DNA from: Eubacteriales bacterium
GTDB taxonomy: Bacteria; Bacillota; Clostridia; Oscillospirales; SIG627
Assembly (NCBI GenBank): GCA_045602025.1
Contig: JAZSAT010000015.1
Location: 109-64,108, forward strand
Direction of reading: 5' to 3'
Length of the DNA: 64,000 bases
Shown in pieces: positions 24,469-32,932 of the stretch. The translations under genes and the position numbers were made by a program. The notes beneath the pieces are model-generated. The model searched no databases. It was not told the origin of the DNA and saw only the letters and a list, made by a program, of their open reading frames with translations. Within the stretch, counting starts at the first letter, position 1; every line of letters starts with the position of its first letter.

Positions 24469-24546
24469 GTGCATGGTTTGAATGTCCTTTTTATGGTACA
24501 CTTCTTTTTTTATACTAAACTTGAAAAAGAAAGAGGGGTGTTTTTC

Positions 24547-25149
24547 GTGTCATTCAATCCATACAAAAAAATTAATTTTTGCGAAATAAATGTGCCTGAT
24601 GAAAAATTTATGTGGAGCTATTCACGGCAAGAATTGCTGAAAATGCTAAATGAAAAATGCAAAGGCCTTGTATTGAAAAAAATATATGTTAACTTGTTGA
24701 GTTTTTTAGAGTCACTTAGATATGATAGATATTACTGTGATCTTTCTTATTTGGGAGGCACGGTGATTTTAGTTTTTAATAAACTTGTTGTTCAGATGGA
24801 AATCCATGGTATTGGAATGATTGAATATCGAATAATTAATCCTTGGGAGATTAAGATAAAGAAAATATATGATTTACCGCCTACGGAAGGTTTGTATGGT
24901 GATAAATTTTTTTATGACCTTTCTTTATGCCTTGATTCGTCCTTTATTGATCAAAAGATTGAATATGTAGCAGTAGATCGAACGGACTATTATTCGATTT
25001 ATTTTTCGTCTTTTGATGATGAAAAAGCAGAAAAGGCAGGAAAGGAAAGAGATTTGCCTCGTAATATTCATTTTCATCTTGAAAACGGTTTGGATCTCGT
25101 GTTATATGGTGATGAGCTTGAGTATTTTTATATTAAATTGGAAAAGTAA
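24547..25149 (+). CDS. Hypothetical protein (about 200 aa) in a low-GC islet
   Basis: Long ORF. The upstream part of the track ORF overlaps the terminator, so the start is placed at the GTG at 24547, 8 nt after AGAGGGG. No recognisable motif. Local GC is about 30%. Confidence 0.55.
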   Translation: MSFNPYKKINFCEINVPDEKFMWSYSRQELLKMLNEKCKGLVLKKIYVNLLSFLESLRYDRYYCDLSYLGGTVILVFNKLVVQMEIHGIGMIEYRIINPWEIKIKKIYDLPPTEGLYGDKFFYDLSLCLDSSFIDQKIEYVAVDRTDYYSIYFSSFDDEKAEKAGKERDLPRNIHFHLENGLDLVLYGDELEYFYIKLEK

Positions 25150-25160
25150 AGGAGTTTCTG

Positions 25161-25883
25161 ATGGATTTTATTGAGGTACAGGGATCTTGTAAGGAATTAT
25201 TAGACTTTTTCTTACAAATACCTCCAAATTTCAAAGCAGCGAAAGATATAATAACGAGGGAAAATTTTTCTTCGGATGAGATTTCAAAAGTTGCTATTTG
25301 CTATGCTGAAAAGTGTGGTTTGGAAGTTGGAGATCATTTGTTTGAAATTGGTTGTGAAGATCTGTCAGCTTCAAAGTTGAAAAAAGGAGTTGTACCCGGT
25401 CTGCATAGTACTTATCTTTATTCGGTAGTTGATTTTCTTTTAGCATATAGATTAAATCCAAATTATGTGTTTGGATCAAATAATTTGTTGCACAGCTTGT
25501 TTTATGTGGATAATGAATATGTAGGCGCTGATACGATGCGGCTTTTGTTTGACAACGGAGCAGATCCAAATTTAAAAGTCGAAGGAGAGTCAATTTATGA
25601 TATGGTTGAAGAAGATATTTGGTTTGGTTCGATAGAACAATACATACGTTGGAGATATGATGGTTGGGTACATATGATGTTTGTTATTCTTGCTTACGGT
25701 GGTAAGAATTCTACTCGGAGCCAAAACATTACAAGATTTAAAGAGTATGATAAAGACGAACTGTTTTCGTTAGATAAATTAAAAGATCATCGAAACTACT
25801 ATTATGGTTTATGTAGGGGGGATAACGAAACTATTCTTCGCGTTTTTGAAAAAGATACTTTTTGGGAGGTTGCTTGCTGGTGA
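25161..25883 (+). CDS. Hypothetical protein (240 aa) with an ankyrin-repeat-like segment, low-GC islet
   Basis: The ATG is preceded by AAGGAG. TMRLLFDNGADPNL resembles an ankyrin-repeat turn. Otherwise no family was recognised. Confidence 0.6.
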   Translation: MDFIEVQGSCKELLDFFLQIPPNFKAAKDIITRENFSSDEISKVAICYAEKCGLEVGDHLFEIGCEDLSASKLKKGVVPGLHSTYLYSVVDFLLAYRLNPNYVFGSNNLLHSLFYVDNEYVGADTMRLLFDNGADPNLKVEGESIYDMVEEDIWFGSIEQYIRWRYDGWVHMMFVILAYGGKNSTRSQNITRFKEYDKDELFSLDKLKDHRNYYYGLCRGDNETILRVFEKDTFWEVACW

Positions 25884-25949
25884 AGGGCAATTAGCTCTTG
25901 TTGCAAAAGGGTGTTTTCTATGCTACAATGGTAAAGAGGTGCTATAAAA

Positions 25950-26768
25950 ATGACAAAAGATTTTTTACATACATATACAAAAGAGGATATATTCCGTCAG
26001 CTTGAGGCAATGAATGCGCCTCGTGATAAGATGGTTATGCTTCATTCCTCCCTTCGTGCTGTCGGCAAGGTGGAGGGCGGCGGAGAAGGACTCCTTGATA
26101 TTTTGGTCGAGTATTTTACAAAAGAAGGCGGTCTTCTTTGTATTCCTACTCATACCTGGCATAACCTTGATAAGGAAATTACGCTGGATATGAAAAGCGA
26201 TGATACATGCCTCGGTGCCTTTTCTTCCATTGCAATTCGTGACGGCAGAGGCTATCGCACGGAAAGTCCCACTCACTCTGTGGTCATTTTCGGTGACCGT
26301 AAAAAAGCGGAAGAGGCGGCCAAGGGGGAAACATTTGCCAAAACACCTACCGCACCCGAAACCGTTTACGGAAAGCTTTATGATGAGGGCGGATTTGTTC
26401 TCCTTGTTGGAGTAGCTCAGAATCGTAATACCTACCTTCACACTGTAGACGAAATACTGGAGATTCCTAACCGTATGGAGGATAAAAGCATTTCCGTGGT
26501 GATCAAGAAGGAAAACGGCGAGATCGTAAAGAGAGGGCTTTCCTTGTTCTATACGGACTATACGGAGGATATTTCCGATCGCTTCATCAAATACGATACG
26601 CCTTTTCGCTATCATGGTTGTATCACGGATGGCTTTTTGGGAAATGCACCTTGTCAGCTTTGCGATGCGAGAAAAATGAAGGAAGTGGCAGAGCTTATCT
26701 ACAAAAACGCAAAAGAGGATCCCTTGAAGACAGAACAGCCCATTCCGCAAAAATACTATGTAAAATAA
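25950..26768 (+). CDS. AAC(3)-family aminoglycoside N-acetyltransferase-like protein
   Basis: VMLHSSLRAVGKVEGGGEGLLDILVEYF...GGLLCIPTHTW matches the conserved N-terminal block of the Antibiotic_NAT/AAC(3) family. Confidence 0.7.
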   Translation: MTKDFLHTYTKEDIFRQLEAMNAPRDKMVMLHSSLRAVGKVEGGGEGLLDILVEYFTKEGGLLCIPTHTWHNLDKEITLDMKSDDTCLGAFSSIAIRDGRGYRTESPTHSVVIFGDRKKAEEAAKGETFAKTPTAPETVYGKLYDEGGFVLLVGVAQNRNTYLHTVDEILEIPNRMEDKSISVVIKKENGEIVKRGLSLFYTDYTEDISDRFIKYDTPFRYHGCITDGFLGNAPCQLCDARKMKEVAELIYKNAKEDPLKTEQPIPQKYYVK

Positions 26769-26805
26769 AAAAGCACCCGAAAGGGTGCTTCTCATAAGGA
26801 TGATT

Positions 26806-26838
26806 AAAGCCTCGATGAATTTCATCGAGGCTTTTCTT
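26806..26838 (+). terminator. Probable aac(3)-like gene terminator
   Basis: GCCTCGATG-aattt-CATCGAGGC with an AAA/TTT extension and a TTTTCTT tail. A GAAA-loop hairpin (26771-26790) precedes it. Further hairpins follow at 26864-26891 and 26889-26905. Confidence 0.6.
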
Positions 26839-26932
26839 ATGCTTATCGGAAAGAACCAGCATCGCATTTGTAAGTACAAATGCTTCTTTTTGGGTGGTAC
26901 CCAAACCCTTTTTACAATAAAAAAGAAAGATA

Positions 26933-27106
26933 AGTGATATTCTTTGTTGTGCAAAGAGTGATATTTTCACTTCGTGAAAGTGTTATTACTCCCTCCCGTC
27001 GTAGTGGTATTTTATTCTCCTACGAAACTCGCGGAGCGAATACCACTCGGCTTTTAGCCGAATATCACTGCGAAGCAATATCACTCGCCGTCAGGCGAAT
27101 AAAACT
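26933..27106. repeat. Array of eight 9-mers (AGTGATATT and its complement AATATCACT) in a 4+4 inverted arrangement
   Basis: Forward copies: 26933 AGTGATATT, 26957 AGTGATATT, 26979 AGTGTTATT, 27003 AGTGGTATT. Reverse copies: 27039 AATACCACT, 27061 AATATCACT, 27077 AATATCACT, 27098 AATAAAACT. Spacing is 16-24 nt, with 4-5-bp mini-hairpins in five of the gaps. Confidence 0.85.
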
Positions 27107-27133
27107 GCGAGACTTCCTTGTGAGAAGTCTCGC
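27107..27133 (-). terminator. Probable recG terminator
   Basis: GCGAGACTTC-cttgtga-GAAGTCTCGC, 12 nt 3' of the recG stop. The minus-strand tail is AGTTTTATT. Confidence 0.6.
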
Positions 27134-27145
27134 AAAGGGTGCTTT

Positions 27146-29161
27146 TTAATTCATTCTGATTTTCCGCATAAAGGGAGATAGATCCTTTTCTGTTGCTGTT
27201 TCCAAAAAGATTCTCGCAGCTTCTCCGGCATCGCGGATCATTTCCATAGAAAAGGTATCGGTAAAGCTTTCAAAGCCAAAGCCGGATTGGCGGGTTCCGA
27301 AAAACTCACCGGGGCCGCGGGTCTTTAAATCAAACTGAGCAAGCTCAAAGCCGTCGTGGCAGTCGCAAAGCTTTTTCAGCCGTTCTCTTGCCGCTTTACC
27401 GGAATGAGAAGAGATGAGAATGCAATAGGACTTGTCCTTTCCGCGGCCGACTCTACCGCGCAGCTGATGGAGCTGACTGAGACCGAACCGCTCCGCACTT
27501 CGGATCACCATAACCGTGGCATTCGGAACATCAACTCCTACCTCAATTACAGTTGTGGATACCAGAATCTGTGTTTTGCCTTCTTTAAAAGAAGCCATAA
27601 TACGATTTTTCTCTTCGGGCTTTTGCTTCCCGTGAAGAAGGACAGAGGAAAAATCGGGAAGATTCTTCTTGATTTCCTCCAGCTCCTCTGTGGCAGATTG
27701 GAGGGGACTTGAGTTTTCCTCATCCTCGATCAAAGGACAAACGATGTATGCCTGGTTTCCTTCCGAGATTCTTTCTTTTAGGAAGGAGTAAACCCTCGGG
27801 AGCTTATCTTCTCCTACATAAAGGGTATCGATTTTCTGTCTCCCCGGAGGAAGCTCGTCAATGACAGAAATACGGCTTTTTGCATGTAAGAACATAGCAA
27901 GGCTTCTTGGGATCGGAGTGGCACTCATTACAAGGGAATGAACTGCGCCGCCCTTTTCTCCCAGTAGGTTTCTGTGTCTCACACCGAAACGGTGCTGTTC
28001 ATCGGTGATGGCAAGAGAAATTCCCGCACATCGGGTGCTTTCCTCTATCAAAGCATGTGTACCGATGAGGATATAAGGATTTTCCTTTTCTGTGTAAGAA
28101 AAAATCTCCTCGCGTTCTTTCTTCTTGGTGGAACCGGTGAGAAGAAAGACGGGAATATTAAATTCTTTAAACAGAGCGGAAAAAGAATGGAAATGCTGTT
28201 TTGCTAAGATTTCGGTGGGCGCCATTACAAGGGTACTCTTACCGTTTTGTGCGGTAAGAAAAGCAGCGGCGGCCGCTACAATGGTTTTACCGCTGCCCAC
28301 ATCACCTTGGATCAAGCGATCCATCGGAAAGATCGGATTGGTTCCGCACAGATCAGACTTAATTTCCTCAATCACTCTTTTTTGTGCTTCTGTCAGGCAA
28401 AAGGGGAGAGAGGAAAGAAAAGGAGACAGATCATCATTTTTAAAGGGAGAAACGGTTTCTTTTCTGTTTTGCGCGGCAAAAATGGAGGCCTGAACGCTGA
28501 AGCGGAAAAGCTCTTCAAAAGCAAATCGCTTTTTTGCCTTTAAAACATGATCCATATCGGTGGGGCAGTGGAGAAAATACAAGGCGCGTTTTCGGGATAA
28601 AAGTCCGAATTTATCTAAAATGCTTTGGGGGAGGGTCTCTTCTATTTGAGACAAAGACTCAAGAAGAAACTGTGAGATCAGCCCTTCCCTCTGTTTTGAG
28701 GACAGCCCTTTGATCTGAGAATAAACCGGGGAGAGCACTTCGGGATCGGGGGCATTTTTTTCTCTTATGGGAGAAAAAAGATAATATATGCCGCTTTTTT
28801 CCTGTAATACACCGCCATAGTATGCTTCCTGTCCGGAGAAGATCTGACTTCTCAGGTATGGCTGATTGAAGTAGAGAATATGTACCCGCGTACCGTTTTC
28901 GTCTTCTGCAAGAAAGCGCAATGTTTTTCCGCGTCCCTTCAAATTCAAAACAACAGGCGCAGATACAGCAGTAAGGTGAAAATAAGAAAATACGCCGATT
29001 CTTTCTTCGGAAAGAGAAAATACTTTTCCGCTTCGGTAAGAAAGAGGAAAGCGAAACAGAAGATCCTCTAAGGTTTCAATTCCGCTTCTGTTTAAAATTT
29101 CCACTCGTTTTGCACCTACACCCTTTAAGGTGCTCACGGGAGATGTGAGAAGATGTGCCAT
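27146..29161 (-). CDS. recG: ATP-dependent DNA helicase RecG
   Basis: N-terminal wedge domain, Walker A GDVGSGKT, DEQHRFG, and the helicase C-terminal QLHQLRGRVGRG. Confidence 0.92.
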   Translation of the reverse strand: MAHLLTSPVSTLKGVGAKRVEILNRSGIETLEDLLFRFPLSYRSGKVFSLSEERIGVFSYFHLTAVSAPVVLNLKGRGKTLRFLAEDENGTRVHILYFNQPYLRSQIFSGQEAYYGGVLQEKSGIYYLFSPIREKNAPDPEVLSPVYSQIKGLSSKQREGLISQFLLESLSQIEETLPQSILDKFGLLSRKRALYFLHCPTDMDHVLKAKKRFAFEELFRFSVQASIFAAQNRKETVSPFKNDDLSPFLSSLPFCLTEAQKRVIEEIKSDLCGTNPIFPMDRLIQGDVGSGKTIVAAAAAFLTAQNGKSTLVMAPTEILAKQHFHSFSALFKEFNIPVFLLTGSTKKKEREEIFSYTEKENPYILIGTHALIEESTRCAGISLAITDEQHRFGVRHRNLLGEKGGAVHSLVMSATPIPRSLAMFLHAKSRISVIDELPPGRQKIDTLYVGEDKLPRVYSFLKERISEGNQAYIVCPLIEDEENSSPLQSATEELEEIKKNLPDFSSVLLHGKQKPEEKNRIMASFKEGKTQILVSTTVIEVGVDVPNATVMVIRSAERFGLSQLHQLRGRVGRGKDKSYCILISSHSGKAARERLKKLCDCHDGFELAQFDLKTRGPGEFFGTRQSGFGFESFTDTFSMEMIRDAGEAARIFLETATEKDLSPFMRKIRMN

Positions 29162-31332
29162 CAGAGCTTTACAATGTTAGCGGTATCACGAGAAATGTCA
29201 AGAAACTCTTCCGAGGAAGTGGCAATAAAGAACTGACAGCAGTTTTCTCGGATATAATCGTAGAATTTCTTTGCGTTTTGAGGGGAAAGCTTTGCCAAGG
29301 AATCGTCAAAGATCATGGGTAAGCAAGTCTTTTTCAACATTTGTGCAAGGGATAAGCGAAAAGCAAGCAGGCCCATTTCTGAAATGACACCGCCGCCGGC
29401 GGCGATCAGGGGAAGGACGGATTTTCGGTCGCAGAAGCAAAGCTCAAAATCATCGTCAAACAAGAAGGATTCTCCTTCGCCCAAAAGGTGAGCAGTCTGA
29501 TCGTTTATCCGTTTTGAAAGAGCTTTTTTCAGATCGCTTTCAAACTGATCTTTTCTTGCTTTTGCAAGGGAAAAGTTCAGGTCAACGCTTTCAAAAGCCG
29601 TTTTTTCCTGTGCAATCGTTTCTCGGATCTTTTCCAGATCTTTTTCAATATCCTCGGGATTTCGTGCGCTTTTTTCTTTTGCTTCCTGAAGTCTTGCGGA
29701 AATCAGTGCTTTCTTTTTGTAAAGAGCATCGTTTTGCGCCAAAAGGAAGGCCAGTTCCTTTTGTAAACTTACAAATTCGGGGCTGAGAGTCATTTTTTCC
29801 CCGTCTACATTTTCGCAGAGCTTTTTCTTGTATTCGATCTTATCTTTTTCGATTTCATCTTCCAGGTCAAACAGAGCGTCATTTGCTTCAATGATCTCGT
29901 CGCAAACAGCAAGAAGCTCACCGTCTTCTTCGCTGTAACCTAAGGCTTTGACTTTTTTTGCTATTCTTTCTTGAACAGCATCTTTTTCGTCTAACTTTTC
30001 TTTGCAGAAGCTTTCACAAACCAAAACCTCTTCACGATAAACCTCTGTGGTTTTGTTGTGTGCAGTGACCTTGTCAAAAAGCTTGTAAAAATGAGAAAGA
30101 GATTCCGCATCGTGCTTGGAAAAAAGAGCTTTGATGCGGGTGTTAAATAAAGTTGAAATGCAAAGGGCAGATACGGAGCAAAGGGCAAGAGCAAGGCTTG
30201 ATGCAATGCAGGTGATCAAGTCAAAATCAAAATAATGCAAAAGAACGCCGAGGGCAATACCTGCAGACATCAAGAGAATGCAGACTATGTATAATGCGAG
30301 CTTTGCATTTTTTTGTTTTTTGATCTTTTCTCTTGTCTCGGAAAGATTTTCCAGGCTGTTTTTACCTGTAAAAATGCTTTCGTGATATGTAAGATTCTCC
30401 TCTGCCGAGGAAAGCTTGTTTCTTGCTTTATTTAAATTTGCAACCGCAAGGCTCAAACGGTTGTAGTCTTCCTTCATATCGTCGAGCTCTTTTCGGGTAA
30501 GTTTACCGATCTTGGAAGAAACTTCAAAGGAGGCAATCTTGAACCGTTTTTCCTTCGCTACGATTTTGTGGAAGGTCTCCTCAGTATTTTCTTTGTTCTG
30601 CGAAAGCTTCAGATCGTCGGCAAATCCTGCCATATCCGCTTTGATAAGAACGCATCTGCGGTCATTATCATCGATTTTCTCTCTGATCTCAGACAAAGCC
30701 TCAAGGCAATCGGAGGCTTCCTTTTCCCAGTCGGGATGCTCCTCCAATTCTTTTTTTAAAAGGCCTTCTTTTTCCAAAAGAAGATCAAGGGTTCCGTTTT
30801 TTTCAGCATTGCAAAAACCGTTTCTCTTTTTTTCGAGAACCAAGGAATCGCGATAGATGCTTTCGGTTTCCGGTGAGAAAGAGGCGATGTGATTCAAAAT
30901 GGAGAATTTGGGCTTTACAACGGGAGTTTCATATTTTGCCTGTCTGAAGTAACTGATCAGGTCAAAGGAGTCCTGATCCATTTCCGTCAGGTATTCGCCC
31001 GGGGTCAAAGAGGTGGCAATTGGCTCTTCCGGAGAGTCTTTATAAAAAAGAACACTCTCTTCGCCACCGATCAGCTGTCTTTCGATCACAAAATTTCCCT
31101 TCTCGGAAGAGAAGAAGATCTTTCCTTTTGCATCTTCTGTATTGCCGCGTGCAAGAGAAACGGAATCCGCTCCGTAAAGAGCGAATTGAATGAACTCACA
31201 CAGACTTGTCTTACCGCTGCGAAAAGACCCGAAAAAGATGTTTGCTCCTTTTTCGGGTACAACGGTCAGATCTCTGATCTTTTTAAATTGTTCGATTTGA
31301 ATTTTTTCAATAGTAAGGCGTTGAAGATTCAT
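29161..31332 (-). CDS. YhaN-like SMC/Rad50-type ATPase with a central transmembrane hairpin
   Basis: N-terminal Walker A GSFRSGKTS, about 300 aa of coiled-coil-like K/E-rich sequence, then two hydrophobic helices (aa ~345-396, nt 30145-30300). A second coiled-coil region follows. The C-terminus has GGGVISEMGLLAFRLSLAQ (degenerate signature) and LPMIFDDS (Walker B). Its stop overlaps the recG ATG (TGATG). Confidence 0.55.
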   Translation of the reverse strand: MNLQRLTIEKIQIEQFKKIRDLTVVPEKGANIFFGSFRSGKTSLCEFIQFALYGADSVSLARGNTEDAKGKIFFSSEKGNFVIERQLIGGEESVLFYKDSPEEPIATSLTPGEYLTEMDQDSFDLISYFRQAKYETPVVKPKFSILNHIASFSPETESIYRDSLVLEKKRNGFCNAEKNGTLDLLLEKEGLLKKELEEHPDWEKEASDCLEALSEIREKIDDNDRRCVLIKADMAGFADDLKLSQNKENTEETFHKIVAKEKRFKIASFEVSSKIGKLTRKELDDMKEDYNRLSLAVANLNKARNKLSSAEENLTYHESIFTGKNSLENLSETREKIKKQKNAKLALYIVCILLMSAGIALGVLLHYFDFDLITCIASSLALALCSVSALCISTLFNTRIKALFSKHDAESLSHFYKLFDKVTAHNKTTEVYREEVLVCESFCKEKLDEKDAVQERIAKKVKALGYSEEDGELLAVCDEIIEANDALFDLEDEIEKDKIEYKKKLCENVDGEKMTLSPEFVSLQKELAFLLAQNDALYKKKALISARLQEAKEKSARNPEDIEKDLEKIRETIAQEKTAFESVDLNFSLAKARKDQFESDLKKALSKRINDQTAHLLGEGESFLFDDDFELCFCDRKSVLPLIAAGGGVISEMGLLAFRLSLAQMLKKTCLPMIFDDSLAKLSPQNAKKFYDYIRENCCQFFIATSSEEFLDISRDTANIVKL

Positions 31333-31359
31333 ATTTTTTCCTCAAAAATTAATGAAGAT

Positions 31360-31388
31360 ATTATAACAAAGAAGATACTTTTCGTCAA
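31360..31388 (-). promoter_or_regulatory. Promoter of the YhaN-like/recG operon
   Basis: On the minus strand: TTGACG (31383-31388), 17-nt spacer, TATAAT (31360-31365). Confidence 0.6.
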
Positions 31389-31398
31389 TTGTTTTATC

Positions 31399-31429
31399 AA
31401 AAGATATGAGGCGGATTATTCCGCCTCAT
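31399..31429 (-). terminator. Terminator of the deacetylase operon (the stop codon lies in the hairpin loop)
   Basis: ATGAGGCGGA-ttat-TCCGCCTCAT, followed by TCTTTTG on the minus strand. Confidence 0.65.
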
Positions 31430-32114
31430 TTTCGATCATTTCCGAGATGGTCACAAATTCATATCCGTTTTCAATCAAATAAGGGATGATTCTTCTCAGT
31501 GCCTCGGGGGTCGGAAGACGCTTGTCTTCAAGATCGTGAAAGAGAATAATGTCTCCGCCTGTGGCGTCTTCTTCCACCTTAGAGGCTACCGTGTCGGATT
31601 TTGGCATGCTCCAATCTCTTGTATCCAGCGACCACAAAATGCTCACATATCCCATTTTATCGAGAATATTTAAGGTCTCATCGTTATAAAAGCCTCCCGG
31701 AGGCCGAAAGACGATCGGTTTTTCTCCGGTGATCTCCTGCAGGATCTTTTCTGTTTTTTTCACTTCTTCCCGCAAAGCTTTTTCTGAAATTTTTGTAATA
31801 TATGCGTGGGAATAGGTGTGATTGCCGATCTCATGTCCGGCATCAAAGATCATTTTGATCCTGTCCGGGTCTCTTTCTGCATTTTGACCGATGACAAAAA
31901 AAGTTGCCGGAATTTTATATTCTTTTAAAATACTGAGAATCTCTTCTGTATTTTGTCTGCTGGGACCATCGTCAAAGGTGAGCGCGATCTTTTTGGTTTC
32001 AGTAGGGCTTTTTCGGTAAAGCTTTGCATCGGCACCTGTGGAAAAAGAAGCGGCGAAAACAAACAAAAAAACAAATGCAAAAAAGCTTGCGATATTTCTT
32101 TTTATTCTTTGCAT
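31416..32114 (-). CDS. Polysaccharide deacetylase (NodB homology domain), secreted
   Basis: Signal peptide. TFDDGPS, ATFFVIG and HEIGNHTYSH are the NodB motifs 1-3. Confidence 0.85.
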   Translation of the reverse strand: MQRIKRNIASFFAFVFLFVFAASFSTGADAKLYRKSPTETKKIALTFDDGPSRQNTEEILSILKEYKIPATFFVIGQNAERDPDRIKMIFDAGHEIGNHTYSHAYITKISEKALREEVKKTEKILQEITGEKPIVFRPPGGFYNDETLNILDKMGYVSILWSLDTRDWSMPKSDTVASKVEEDATGGDIILFHDLEDKRLPTPEALRRIIPYLIENGYEFVTISEMIENEAE

Positions 32115-32842
32115 AATTCCTCCAAGGTACCGAAACGGTAGCCTTTTTCTTTCATGGCATCAATAAACCGGCCTAAGATCTTAGTGTTGGTTTCGGATGT
32201 GGGATGAAGAAGGATCACGGCTCCGTTGTGAACTCTTGACATCAAAAGATTCATTGCATATTCGGGGCTTTTTTGATTGTTATTATCCCAGTCTGCCCAA
32301 GCAAGGCTCCAAAAAACAGTTTTGTATCCGAGGGATGCGGTTTTCTCAAGCGCTTTATCGGTGTAAGCACCCTCCGGCGGACGGAAATAAGGATCCAATT
32401 CATCCTCTGTTATTTCGCGGTACAGTGTCTCGAGACCAAGGATTTCCGATTCGATCTCCTTGTCTGACAGATGAGCGAAGTTTTTGTGATTTAAGCTGTG
32501 ATTACAAATGAGATTTTTGTTTTCCCTCATTTTTTTGCAAAGATCCGGGTTTTCCTCTACAAAATGCTTCAGAATGAAAAAGGCACCCGTTACTTCTTTT
32601 TCTTTCAGGATATCAACGATCTTTTCAACATTTCCGTTTTCATAGCCTGCGTCGAAGGTTAAATAAAGCACCTTTTCATCATTGCCGATCGCTTTCCCAA
32701 GGGAAGTATCCAAAGCAGGAAGCGAAGGCCTGTCATTTTGATTTTTGGAAGAAAAATACCAGTTTTTTGAAGAATCTTTTGCAGCAAAGGAAGAGCTTGA
32801 AAAGAAAATGACCGAAAGTAAAACAGCAATGATTTTTTTCAT
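32102..32842 (-). CDS. pdaA: Delta-lactam-biosynthetic de-N-acetylase (spore cortex) PdaA-like
   Basis: NWYF...LYLTFDAGYENGNVEKIVDILKEKEVTGAFFI...ICNHSLNH closely follows the PdaA family pattern. It overlaps the next gene by 13 nt. Confidence 0.75.
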   Translation of the reverse strand: MKKIIAVLLSVIFFSSSSFAAKDSSKNWYFSSKNQNDRPSLPALDTSLGKAIGNDEKVLYLTFDAGYENGNVEKIVDILKEKEVTGAFFILKHFVEENPDLCKKMRENKNLICNHSLNHKNFAHLSDKEIESEILGLETLYREITEDELDPYFRPPEGAYTDKALEKTASLGYKTVFWSLAWADWDNNNQKSPEYAMNLLMSRVHNGAVILLHPTSETNTKILGRFIDAMKEKGYRFGTLEELCKE

Positions 32843-32932
32843 TTTTGATTCCTCCTTTACTGTTTTATTGTTTCAAAAAAAGAAAAAAATATGATTGCCT
32901 GTTTTTTATAGCAATCACATTTTTTTCAAAAA

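Noticed and set aside
26933-27106. Possible CRISPR array, because of the regularly spaced short repeats.
   Set aside because: The repeat unit is only 9 nt. The spacers are 7-27 nt. Half of the copies are inverted. No cas genes are nearby. None of this is compatible with CRISPR architecture.
26934-27149. 71-aa ORF covering the 9-mer array.
   Set aside because: It has no RBS. The sequence is dictated by the repeats. It runs into the recG stop region on the opposite strand. It is most likely non-coding.
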